A program made the position numbers and the translations under genes. Below the pieces are notes generated by a model. That model was not told the DNA's origin, made no database searches, and saw only the letters and a list, made by a program, of their open reading frames with translations. From an uncultured Gammaproteobacteria bacterium (lineage in GTDB: Bacteria; Patescibacteriota; Patescibacteriia; Patescibacteriales; WJLG01), in NCBI GenBank assembly GCA_964486475.1, contig CAZALZ010000003.1, positions 251-64,250 of the forward strand: a stretch of DNA of 64,000 bases. The letters run 5' to 3'. Positions 19,138 to 28,152 of this stretch are shown piece after piece (positions within the stretch are counted from its first letter, which is position 1; the number at the start of each line of letters is the position of its first letter).

Positions 19138-19608
19138 TCAGGCTAACATTTTTTTGTTTGCATAATTATCCAATAAATCCTCAAGTGTTTTCTCTCCACT
19201 GTCTTTTGTTGGATAAAAATACACTTCGTTATGTGTCTTGTAGCTGGGGTGTTTCCGGCTCAAATAAAACCGAACCGATGGGCCGTCTCCTTGCAGTATT
19301 TTCAACATTAAAATGTCCTCAACAAGGTCGTTGAGGTGATATTTAACGTGATCAATTTTTTCTTTGAATTCATTGTCCTCGCGAAGCCAGCGGTAGAAGG
19401 TATCACGACTTATTCCTGTCTGTTCGGAAACAAGGCTGACGCTTGAACCTCCAACCTTTTCAAACATCGCCACAAATTGCTCTTTAGCTTGTCGGGTGCT
19501 GTCACGCTCAACTTTCTGAACACAATCGCACACGGGGCCAACAGTGGCCCCACGCGTGGCTAACACGGGTGAAAGGTGCTCAATTTTGTAGGATTTGTCA
19601 GATTTCAT
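19138..19608 (-). CDS. HTH DNA-binding protein (terminase-small-subunit-like / phage-type HTH)
   Basis: 156 aa. TGISRDTFYRWLREDNEFKEKI, a helix-turn-helix signature common in phage TerS-like and regulatory proteins. Confidence 0.55.
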   Translation of the reverse strand: MKSDKSYKIEHLSPVLATRGATVGPVCDCVQKVERDSTRQAKEQFVAMFEKVGGSSVSLVSEQTGISRDTFYRWLREDNEFKEKIDHVKYHLNDLVEDILMLKILQGDGPSVRFYLSRKHPSYKTHNEVYFYPTKDSGEKTLEDLLDNYANKKMLA

Positions 19609-19659
19609 AGTGAGAATGGCTTATTTGCCTTAACTCTATTATGCCAAAAACTGCCATTT

Positions 19660-19688
19660 TTGACAACGCGATTTTGAAGGAGTAAAAT
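19660..19688 (+). promoter_or_regulatory. sigma70-type promoter of the HTH-mod-res operon
   Basis: TTGACA (19660-19665), 17-nt spacer, TAAAAT (19683-19688). Confidence 0.65.
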
Positions 19689-19720
19689 TAAATCACAAAA
19701 GCTAAAAGTTAATTATCGCT

Positions 19721-19912
19721 ATGGACACAAACATCGACAAACTTTTTACAATTGAGGAAGTGGCTAAAATTTTAAGGGTAAGTACGCGTTCCGTTACTCG
19801 CTATATTGAAACTGGAAAATTAAAGGCATCAAAAATCGGGGTATGGAGAATAAAGGAAGCCGATTTGAATGCGTTTTTGGAAGACACGAGTAATCAACAA
19901 AAGAAACAATAA
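19721..19912 (+). CDS. excisionase-family (MerR-like) HTH DNA-binding protein
   Basis: 63 aa. FTIEEVAKILRVSTRSVTRYIETGKLKASKIGVWRIKEADLNAFL. Confidence 0.85.
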   Translation: MDTNIDKLFTIEEVAKILRVSTRSVTRYIETGKLKASKIGVWRIKEADLNAFLEDTSNQQKKQ

Positions 19913-19916
19913 ATTT

Positions 19917-21686
19917 ATGGATAATAAAAGAAATTATAAAGGTTCGTTGCGACTTGATTGGATAAATAAAGACTTGTCGCTTTATTACGAGATCGACGAG
20001 AAAGAAAGCAAAGGAGTCCGTCCAGTCTGGGTACCTAAAAATGACATTCGTGTAGCCGAGCCACGTATTTTGAGGTTTGAGAAAAACCACGGTGATGCAA
20101 CAAGCGAGAATATGCTTATTAAGGGTGATAACCTTTTGGTTCTCAGGAGTTTGGTTGAGATGTTCAAAGGTAGACCCGAAAAAGACAAAATAAAATGTAT
20201 CTACATTGATCCTCCTTTTAATACTGGCAACGCTTTTTCAAGGTATGATGACAACTTACAACATTCTCAATGGTTAACAATGATGAGAGATCGTTTACAT
20301 TTATTGAGAAAATTAATGAGAAAAGATGGAGTAATTTTTGTTCACATAGACGATATAGAACAGGGTTATCTAAGAGTTTTAATGGATGAGACGTTTGGGC
20401 GTGAAAATTTTATATCACAGATTGCTTGGGAGAGGTCATCGATTGCCGGACTTGGTCAGGGTGGCAAAATGGTTGTTAATGTTACCGAGTATATCCTTGT
20501 TTATTCCAGAGAAAAAACCAGCCTAAAAATTAATGATGACTTTGAAGTTAAAAAAGTCTTTGAGTACGAAAAACTTAAGGGTTACAGTCAGGTGCTTGTT
20601 AGCGAAGGAAGCAAGAAACTGGTTAAGGAATTTCCATCAAAATCGAATAAAGAACCAGTAAAAATTTTTAAGCACGAAAATTATAAAATTGAGAGGATAC
20701 CCTTTAAGGAGTTAGAAGAAAGTAAAAAACAATTTAAGGATTTCTATAAAAATAATTTTGATAAAATTTTTCGAACATTTTTAGTTCAAAAAGAAAATAA
20801 ATTCCAGCACGAATTGATTGATCAAATGGATAGAGCCCTCTACTCAGTTGAATACACTCCAAGCCGAGGGAAAAACGTAAATGTTTTAACGACCAATTAT
20901 TATCACAAAAAAGAGCTGTGTGGATGGCTTTCGTCAGTAGCCAGTTACGAGAAAGACACTATCTATAAATTTGAAAAGCCAAGTGATTTCTGGACAAAAG
21001 AAGATGTGTCAAACGCCGCAAGAGGAGAAGGTGGTATAAAAGGCGAAGATAGAACAAGAAAGCCAGAAAAATTACTCAGCCAGATTATAGGGATGTCGAC
21101 AAAAAAGGACGACATTGTTTTGGATACTTTTGCGTTTAGTGGAACCACGGGTGCGGTGGCGCATAAAATGGGGCGACGCTGGTTAATGGTAGAAATGGGA
21201 CGACAAGCCGAGGAATTAGTTATTCCTCGTATGCAAAAAGTTATAAACGGAAGCGATCAAGCTGGGATAAGTAAAGATGTTAATTGGCAAGGTGGTGGTG
21301 GTTTCAAATACTACAAACTCGGCGAAAGTTTAATAAATGAACAGGATATGAATTGGATTTTGAAAGCCGAGGAAATGGCCGAGGCGGTCTTTTTACATTT
21401 TCAATACAAGCCAGAGGAAGCTGACTGGTTGAAAAAGGAAGGTATGTATTTAGGCAAACATCAATCGGCGCGTTATCATTTTGCACTTACCTTTGCTTCG
21501 CGTGATATAAAAACGTTAGATGAGGGGCTTTATGAGAAAATTGTTGCCGGCTTAGAGAAAGAGAAATTTAAGCATTTAACAATTTTTACAAATGTCGCCG
21601 TTGCGGTTCCCCCGGAGGCACTTGATGAGCGCGTACTTATTAAGAAAATTCCGGCCGCCATTCTAAGAGAATACAACTTATTATGA
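19917..21686 (+). CDS. mod: type III restriction-modification methyltransferase (Mod, beta-class N6A/N4C MTase)
   Basis: ATG at 19917, 4 nt after the HTH stop. Motif IV CIYIDPPFNTGN precedes motif I VLDTFAFSGTTG. Overlaps res by 4 nt. Confidence 0.88.
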   Translation: MDNKRNYKGSLRLDWINKDLSLYYEIDEKESKGVRPVWVPKNDIRVAEPRILRFEKNHGDATSENMLIKGDNLLVLRSLVEMFKGRPEKDKIKCIYIDPPFNTGNAFSRYDDNLQHSQWLTMMRDRLHLLRKLMRKDGVIFVHIDDIEQGYLRVLMDETFGRENFISQIAWERSSIAGLGQGGKMVVNVTEYILVYSREKTSLKINDDFEVKKVFEYEKLKGYSQVLVSEGSKKLVKEFPSKSNKEPVKIFKHENYKIERIPFKELEESKKQFKDFYKNNFDKIFRTFLVQKENKFQHELIDQMDRALYSVEYTPSRGKNVNVLTTNYYHKKELCGWLSSVASYEKDTIYKFEKPSDFWTKEDVSNAARGEGGIKGEDRTRKPEKLLSQIIGMSTKKDDIVLDTFAFSGTTGAVAHKMGRRWLMVEMGRQAEELVIPRMQKVINGSDQAGISKDVNWQGGGGFKYYKLGESLINEQDMNWILKAEEMAEAVFLHFQYKPEEADWLKKEGMYLGKHQSARYHFALTFASRDIKTLDEGLYEKIVAGLEKEKFKHLTIFTNVAVAVPPEALDERVLIKKIPAAILREYNLL

Positions 21687-24427
21687 AAAACAATAAACAA
21701 AAAACATTCTACGATTTAGTGAGTCAAGACCAGCAATATAAAATTGCGGTTGGCTCAGCTTCACCGAAGACAATCGATAATTTTGACAAGACTCAGCAAT
21801 TGCTTAAATTTCCATTACGCCCCTACCAAATGGAGGCAATGGGTGCATTTCAGCTTTTTGAAAAAGACCGTTTTGATAGTCGGAGTTTGAAAGCGAAAAC
21901 GATCCAAGAAAGCAAAGACGACGAGGGTAAATTGGTGCAGTGGAGCAAGGTTGGATTTGAGATGGCAACGGGGTCTGGCAAGACTTTGCTTATGGGTGCA
22001 ACGATTTTGGATTTGTGGCACAAAGGACACAAGGACTTTCTTATTTTAACACCAAATACTATTTTGTTTGACAAGACAATAGAAAATTTTACACCTCGCG
22101 CTGTTAAAAGTATTTTTGGCGATGGTTGGAATTTATCTTATAACTTGGTGACAGGAAACTCATACCGTGACAAAACCTGCAATTATGAAGACGAAAAAGA
22201 CATTTCCTTTTATGTGTTCAATATGCAGAAATTTTATGATAAAGGAACCTCGATCACGCAAAAAGATAGCGAAGATACAATGAAGGGTGTCCCTTATGTA
22301 AGGAGACCGCTTGAGGAGTCAGTCTGGCGAGATAAAAGCGGAAATCATACAATTTCTTTTGTAGAATTTTTGCGTGAACGACGTCCAGTTATTATTTCGG
22401 ACGAAGCACATCACTATCAGCAAAAGAAAACTACAGAAGCAATTTTTGAGTTCTTACCAAGTATTGTACTTGAGTTTACTGCCACCTCCATTGAAAAGGG
22501 TGACGGTGATGACGTTGGACAGAATAACCTTTATAAGTATCCAATGCAGAGGTATATCACTGAGGGATATGGTAAAAGGATTTTTGCCGTTGGCTGTGGT
22601 ACAAGCGATGAAAAAACAACGGATGAAGTAACGGATAGTGACAAGCAAAAGTTGATATGGGGTATGCTAATTCACCTACTGAAAGATGAAGCTCTTGCGG
22701 CAGTTCACGCCCCGGTTAAAAAATCAATGTTGCTTACAAAGGCGCGCTCAATAAAACACGCCGATCTCATTGATGTTTATTTGAAAAATTGGCCGGACGC
22801 TGTTTCTGGTGAGCTTGATGATGTTTTGGAACAAGTAAATCGAGAAGGTACTGATATCGCTAAAATAATAAGACAAAACATACCAAAAAGTAAGGCCGAG
22901 TTAATTAAAAAATTAAAGCGTGTTGCTAATTCCGTATTTACTATCCACAGCGAAAATAAGAGCGAAGAAGAAACTTGGACGGAGTATCAAACTCTTGATG
23001 ACAATAAATCGGAAATCGTAAATCAAGTTCGTGTATTTACCGAAGGTGTAGATTATGACAATTTTTATACTATCGTTGTGTTGGGAGACACGGTTGAAAA
23101 AGTTGGTTTAGCCGCCGCCCAGCTTATTGGACGAGGCCTGAGGCTTTACAAAGAAAAACGAGAGTTTGACATATTGGAGCACGACTTAAAAGAACAAAGC
23201 GAAATTTTGCATATTGTTTGCGAGCGTGGCCGTCGCTTTGATCAGATTGTGCAAGAAATAAGAGAAAAACTCGACTTGTCGCAAGCAAGTATTGAAATTC
23301 CAACCGAAGAAGAAGACCGCGACAACAAGGTTAATAAAAAAATCATTGACGATTACGAAATACCAATTTTACAAATAAAACCATTTGCCACTGGCAAAAG
23401 TTTTGAAGACGTACTTAAGGATAAAACATTGAGTATTGATGCTTTTTTGAGCGAGGTGTGTAGTGTTTTGAAAGGAGACAAAGTATTAAAGCCAGAAGTC
23501 ATAGCCGCCGTTGATTACGCAGAAATAACAAGAGCTGATATTGAATTACAAAAAGATAAACCGACTACTACTCGCCGAACAATAACGCTGTCAAAAGAAG
23601 ACATATCACGTTGGGCTTGGAATTTTGTTGAAGAGGTTGGACCGTTTATAGGCAATAATTCAATTGGTACAGTAAAAAATTTGATTGATAAAATTATAAA
23701 TGCTGGTATTCAGGTTGACACTGCTTACGCGATTGACTACAAGAAAGCACTCAAGGCATTAAAGAAAAGTATAATTGAATTTTATGGCAAAAAATCATTT
23801 GAGTTAATGTTTAATAGTCGATTCACTTTCAGAAAAAAGAACGTTAAGGATGTTTTTGTTGATGGCAAAGTAACCGTGCGAAAACGTGACGGCAAGGCAA
23901 TAAACCTTATTCCGTCGTATCAAGAAATGAGCTCACACCAACAACAAAAAGGTATTATTGTCGAGGGCTATCAGCACGCCATTAAGCCGTATGTAAAATT
24001 TGATAGTCCACCAGAGAAATTAGTTGCAGACGCGCTGGAGCATTTGTGTGCTATTGATAAAAAGAAAAAGAGTTTTTGGGTTAGAAACGAGCCAAGGACA
24101 GAGTATCCGGTTGAAGTAAAGCCGGCGCCATTTTACCCAGACTTCCTCGCATTCATTGATGGCAAATGGATAATCGTTGATGTAAAAGGCAAACACCTTG
24201 CCGAGGCAAAGCAAATTGATGATCGCAAAAAAGCATTAAAACTATTGGAAAAAGAAGGTGGCATCACCACTTTTTTCCTTGTTGATAAGGTAATGGAGAA
24301 AAAAGGATTTAGCGCGGCCACAATTTCCAGTGTAAAGGATTTTGAGGGTTTTGATGAATTGAGGCACGAGGATCTCGGACTTGAGGAGTTTACTAACGGC
24401 GCCGTTCCGAATTTGTTTGATAAATAA
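21683..24427 (+). CDS. res: type III restriction enzyme Res subunit (SF2 helicase + PD-(D/E)xK nuclease)
   Basis: 914 aa. Walker A MATGSGKT, DEAH box ISDEAHHY, C-terminal nuclease motif FYPDFLAF...IIVDVKGK. Confidence 0.9.
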   Translation: MKNNKQKTFYDLVSQDQQYKIAVGSASPKTIDNFDKTQQLLKFPLRPYQMEAMGAFQLFEKDRFDSRSLKAKTIQESKDDEGKLVQWSKVGFEMATGSGKTLLMGATILDLWHKGHKDFLILTPNTILFDKTIENFTPRAVKSIFGDGWNLSYNLVTGNSYRDKTCNYEDEKDISFYVFNMQKFYDKGTSITQKDSEDTMKGVPYVRRPLEESVWRDKSGNHTISFVEFLRERRPVIISDEAHHYQQKKTTEAIFEFLPSIVLEFTATSIEKGDGDDVGQNNLYKYPMQRYITEGYGKRIFAVGCGTSDEKTTDEVTDSDKQKLIWGMLIHLLKDEALAAVHAPVKKSMLLTKARSIKHADLIDVYLKNWPDAVSGELDDVLEQVNREGTDIAKIIRQNIPKSKAELIKKLKRVANSVFTIHSENKSEEETWTEYQTLDDNKSEIVNQVRVFTEGVDYDNFYTIVVLGDTVEKVGLAAAQLIGRGLRLYKEKREFDILEHDLKEQSEILHIVCERGRRFDQIVQEIREKLDLSQASIEIPTEEEDRDNKVNKKIIDDYEIPILQIKPFATGKSFEDVLKDKTLSIDAFLSEVCSVLKGDKVLKPEVIAAVDYAEITRADIELQKDKPTTTRRTITLSKEDISRWAWNFVEEVGPFIGNNSIGTVKNLIDKIINAGIQVDTAYAIDYKKALKALKKSIIEFYGKKSFELMFNSRFTFRKKNVKDVFVDGKVTVRKRDGKAINLIPSYQEMSSHQQQKGIIVEGYQHAIKPYVKFDSPPEKLVADALEHLCAIDKKKKSFWVRNEPRTEYPVEVKPAPFYPDFLAFIDGKWIIVDVKGKHLAEAKQIDDRKKALKLLEKEGGITTFFLVDKVMEKKGFSAATISSVKDFEGFDELRHEDLGLEEFTNGAVPNLFDK

Positions 24428-24431
24428 ACCT

Positions 24432-25175
24432 ATGAATTCATTTAAGGATATCGCCTATATAATTTTGAAAGAAGCTGGTAAATCACTTCACAGTAATGAA
24501 ATAACCAAGCTCGCGCTTAAGCGTGGCCTTGAAACTGCTGGGCAAACCCCTGAGCTGACAATGAAGGCAGTGCTTTTGAGGGACATAAATAATAAAGGCG
24601 AATTGTCGCAATTTAAGAAAACCGGACCAAGCCTTTTTGCTGTAAATGATAAAAAAGTGGAAATTGAGGAAGAGGCTAAGTCTGATCGGGTCATTGATGA
24701 GCTTGAGATTGAGGAAGAGAAAGAAGTTGAAGGCGGTTATATCGGCAAAGCCGGAGAGCACGCTGTCCTTTCAGAGTTGCTTTTCAGGGGCTATAACGCC
24801 GCGTTGATGTCTGTCGATGTTGGTGTGGATATAATGGCCAGCAAGAACAATGAGACGTTTAACATTCAGGTAAAAACGAGGAATATCAGCAAAAAGTATG
24901 ATGCTTTTCATTTTAATTTGAGGATCATCTCTTTTGAAAGGCACAATGCCGGCCGAACTTTTTACATTTTTATTCTGCGCGAAAACGGCAAGTTGGACTA
25001 TGTTATTTTACCGCTCCACGAAATTGAAAAATCAATCGAGGAGGAGTTTATTCACGTTGTCGGTAACGGAAAGCTCTACCGTATAACAATCAAAAAACGA
25101 GACGGTAAAATTTATTTAGGCCGAAAAGAAAATGACGTTTCCTACTACCTGAACAGGTGGGATGCAATAAAATAA
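24432..25175 (+). CDS. HARE-HTH domain protein fused to a PD-(D/E)xK-like nuclease domain
   Basis: 247 aa from the ATG at 24432. N-terminus FKDIAYIILKEAGKSLHSNEITKLALKRGL...TPELTMKAVLLRDI is HARE-HTH-like. C-terminus is GKAGEHAVLSELLFRGYNAALMSVDVGVDIMA...NIQVKT. Confidence 0.65.
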   Translation: MNSFKDIAYIILKEAGKSLHSNEITKLALKRGLETAGQTPELTMKAVLLRDINNKGELSQFKKTGPSLFAVNDKKVEIEEEAKSDRVIDELEIEEEKEVEGGYIGKAGEHAVLSELLFRGYNAALMSVDVGVDIMASKNNETFNIQVKTRNISKKYDAFHFNLRIISFERHNAGRTFYIFILRENGKLDYVILPLHEIEKSIEEEFIHVVGNGKLYRITIKKRDGKIYLGRKENDVSYYLNRWDAIK

Positions 25176-25177
25176 TT

Positions 25178-26665
25178 ATGGACTTATTTTTCTCTGACCA
25201 TTTTAAGGTAAAAAGAAACGATCTCGATAAATACGGAGCGTTTAACATTTCGTTAGTTTCTGACCTCCCTCTTTTTATTGATCCGTTTCTGCTTTTTAAT
25301 AGTAAGAAGAAAAAATACAAGGAGCTACACGAAAGCATTATCAAATACCTTGTCTTTCTTAAAGACAAATCAGCCTCTCAAACAATTGATTCCGGGGCAT
25401 TGAAGGCGTGGTATGTTTTTAAGGAAGTTGAGCAAAATTGGCTCGGCTTTTCTTTAGTTGGCAACAAAGGCAGTGCCCTCGGTATGGACTTTGGCCGAGC
25501 GCTGAATGAAAATTTATATAAACTCTTTCAGAATTTTGGCACTGAAAAGAAAAAGAAAATCGCAGGTGGTAGTCATTTGGAAAAACTTTGTTTAATACGA
25601 GATGGAGTTGGGCGCGACAACATAAGTGATTTTACGACAAATCTGATAAAGGAATTTTTACTTGAATATACACAAGCCTTTGCACAGAAACACATCGATG
25701 CAAATTTGAGAGACAAGTTTAGGATTCCCAAAACCCGTTTTAATTATTCAACAGAAACGTGGGAAGAAGCGGAGTTTGACCTGCCGAAATTTAATAATGA
25801 TTTCGTGCTTTTGACTCCAAAGGAATTACTGACAAAAGACGAAACTTGGATAAACAAGGCCGATCTGTATGAACATTTTGATCACATACCGAATGCAATC
25901 CCAGACGATCAACTACGTTCTCAAATTAATAACTATTTTTTGAGCCGAATTCCTCGAGACCCAAAGAAAAAGAAAGAGCCTACACAAAAGGAAAAGGCCA
26001 AGGCCGCTTTGGAAACCTTATACCAATACCCAGAATTGATTGATTACTATATCAAGCAAAAAGAGGAAACTGGCGAACAGGCCGAAAGCATAAGCAGTGA
26101 GAAAGTTTCGACCTCGGAAAACCTCTACGTAAACAATGTTAAGCAGTTTATACCAGAGTTAGAAAAAACTGAATTTTATGCCTCTGCTCCGAATAGTTTT
26201 GAGGAGGCAAAGAAAAAAATAGGCATTTTAAAGGAATTTATTGAAAACAATGATGGCTACAAGCTGTTTTATGTTGGCAAAGAAAAAGTAAAAAACGAGC
26301 ACGACTTACACCTACTTTTTGGCTTGGTTTGCCACCGATCAACAACTTTTGATGTAAATCGCGAACCCAACAATGGGCGCGGACCGGTTGATTTCAAAAT
26401 TTCAAAAGGGAGCGCCGATAAAACCTTGGTTGAGTTCAAACTGGCTGGAAATAAAAAATTGGAGCAAAACCTCAAAAAACAGGTTGAAATTTACGAAAAA
26501 GCCAACGGCACAAAGTTATCATTTAAGGTTATCGTGTATTTTTCAAAGGCCGAATATGAGAGGGTTGTCGAAATACTAAACCGGCTAAAATTGAACGGGA
26601 AAGAGAATGTTATCTTGATAGACGCCCGATTAGACAATAAGGTTTCAGCCTCTAATGTGAAGTAA
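25178..26665 (+). CDS. hypothetical protein with C-terminal RecB-like PD-(D/E)xK nuclease motifs
   Basis: 495 aa from the ATG at 25178. C-terminus GRGPVDFKIS...TLVEFKLA...KKQVEIYEKA (D, ExK, QxxxY). The N-terminal ~380 aa are unrecognised. Confidence 0.6.
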   Translation: MDLFFSDHFKVKRNDLDKYGAFNISLVSDLPLFIDPFLLFNSKKKKYKELHESIIKYLVFLKDKSASQTIDSGALKAWYVFKEVEQNWLGFSLVGNKGSALGMDFGRALNENLYKLFQNFGTEKKKKIAGGSHLEKLCLIRDGVGRDNISDFTTNLIKEFLLEYTQAFAQKHIDANLRDKFRIPKTRFNYSTETWEEAEFDLPKFNNDFVLLTPKELLTKDETWINKADLYEHFDHIPNAIPDDQLRSQINNYFLSRIPRDPKKKKEPTQKEKAKAALETLYQYPELIDYYIKQKEETGEQAESISSEKVSTSENLYVNNVKQFIPELEKTEFYASAPNSFEEAKKKIGILKEFIENNDGYKLFYVGKEKVKNEHDLHLLFGLVCHRSTTFDVNREPNNGRGPVDFKISKGSADKTLVEFKLAGNKKLEQNLKKQVEIYEKANGTKLSFKVIVYFSKAEYERVVEILNRLKLNGKENVILIDARLDNKVSASNVK

Positions 26666-27041
26666 ATTGACCCTGCGGATACTCCAAACAATAAGTTCGG
26701 ATGTCATCAATCAGGCGGAGCCAAACACAACGAAGCAAACTCTTTTTCCCCGCCCAAAGAAAGTTTTCAGCGAACCTTTGAAATTATTCTGCCAAATTTA
26801 ATCCACAAAGTGAGAACTGGCCTGCCAAAGGCAGGACGAAAAAAGAAATTTTTAAAAAGGCCACATTTAGGGGGGGCAACCCCCCCCAAAAAAAGAGGGC
26901 GGGCAAAAATTCCTTTTGGTTGGTTTTCCATGAAATACTGGGAGAGGGTCGTCATGGATGAACTAAGAAGAAGGGTCGAGAGATAGAAACATTAGCAATC
27001 AGAAAAAATTAATTAAATAATTGGTATAAACGATTACGTTT

Positions 27042-27398
27042 ATGAAAGGTGAGGCGACATCAAAAAATAACTCAAAAACATACTTGCAGATACTAACATC
27101 CGCAATTTTGCTGTTTGTTTTTTATAAATTAGGCTTCTCATTCTATTTTATTATCGGAATGGGAATTTTTATTTTATTGCTCGTTTTATTGAAGGGTAAA
27201 CTCTTTAACAAGTTGGACGCCTTTTTGACCGCTAAATTGCCGTTTCTTTCCAAGCAGAGTCCTCGCGTCAAAAAAATAATTATAGTAATCACTTTTGTCC
27301 TCGCATATATCATATTGAAACAAATTATCTTTTTTATTTTGTCGCAATTCGGGATAGACGTTCAGAAGATGATATTGGATAGCGTTAATAACCATTAA
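27042..27398 (+). CDS. small membrane protein (118 aa)
   Basis: Three predicted hydrophobic helices; no motif. Confidence 0.5.
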   Translation: MKGEATSKNNSKTYLQILTSAILLFVFYKLGFSFYFIIGMGIFILLLVLLKGKLFNKLDAFLTAKLPFLSKQSPRVKKIIIVITFVLAYIILKQIIFFILSQFGIDVQKMILDSVNNH

Positions 27399-27409
27399 AT
27401 ATAAAAAAT

Positions 27410-28087
27410 ATGGCTGACAATAAAAAAACAAAAGTAGTGATGCAGAACACGATCAGCTTGGACGGTTCATTTATCAACTTTGAAACGTCTCAGGAAGTGA
27501 TGGGTTTGCATTATCAGATCGTGGGCAGTTTCGGCAAGGCTCTTTATCTATTCGGTTCAAATACTGCCAAGGTCGCGATAGAAATGTTTGGCGGATTAAC
27601 ACCAGAAACAGAGAATGATTTTAAGAAGCCGTAAAAAAGCGAAGACTTGTCATGTTGGGTTGTCGTAGATTCGGAAGCCGTTCTTAAGGGGAAATTACAT
27701 TTTTACCGCCGATCGGAATATTGTCGGGACATAATCGTTTTGGTCTCAGAAAGTACTGATAAGAGTTATTTGGATTATTTAAAGGAAAGAGAATATAATT
27801 TTGTGGTTGCCGGAGAGAAACAGGTAGACTTAAAGAAATCTTTTGACATTTTATCCGACAGATATGAGATGGGCACCATTTTAGTGGATTCGGGGCGCGG
27901 CCTGACCAATACCATGCTTAATCAGGGATTGGTGGACGAAATTAGCTTGCTTGTTTTGCCTGTTATCGTGGGGGAAAAATCAGAAAATTTATTCAGTAAC
28001 GTTACAAAACAGTTAAAACTAACCGGACTTAAAGAAAGGACTTTTCCCGGAGGATACGTTCATCTGCACTACAAGATTGATAAATAA
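27410..28087 (+). pseudogene. RibD_C/dihydrofolate-reductase-like reductase interrupted by one in-frame TAA
   Basis: ORFs 27410..27634 and 27647..28087 are in the same frame, separated only by TAA at 27632-27634. Read through, the sequence is ...DFKKP*KSEDLSCWVVVDS.... The N-part is VVMQNTISLDGS and the C-part is ILVDSGRGLTNTMLNQGLVDEISLLVLPVIVG. Confidence 0.65.
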
Positions 28088-28152
28088 AATTGATAAAGAA
28101 ATAATATATACCAAAGGAAATCGCTAAAAAAATTAAGAAATAAATTAATTAT

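Larger units (their letters stand above)
15886..27041. mobile_element. integrated genomic island at tRNA-Gln (serine-recombinase type, R-M/defence cargo)
   Basis: Recombinase abuts and overlaps the tRNA 3' half. Phage-type HTH genes, a type III R-M operon and nuclease genes are present. Oligonucleotide usage differs from the flanks (few GCCG/CGGC-rich codons). The right boundary is unresolved, somewhere in 26666-27041. Confidence 0.6.

Noticed and set aside
26694-26733. AAGTTCGGATG...GGCGGAGCCAAA as a displaced tRNA-Gln 3' remnant marking attR
   Set aside because: Only short blocks (GTTCG, GAGCCA) match and the spacing is wrong (18 vs 13 nt). No T-arm or acceptor pairing is possible.
27632-27634. 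In-frame TAA as a sign of stop-codon reassignment (alternative genetic code)
   Set aside because: TAA is used as the terminator of many confident genes in the window, and no other gene shows internal TAA, TGA or TAG.
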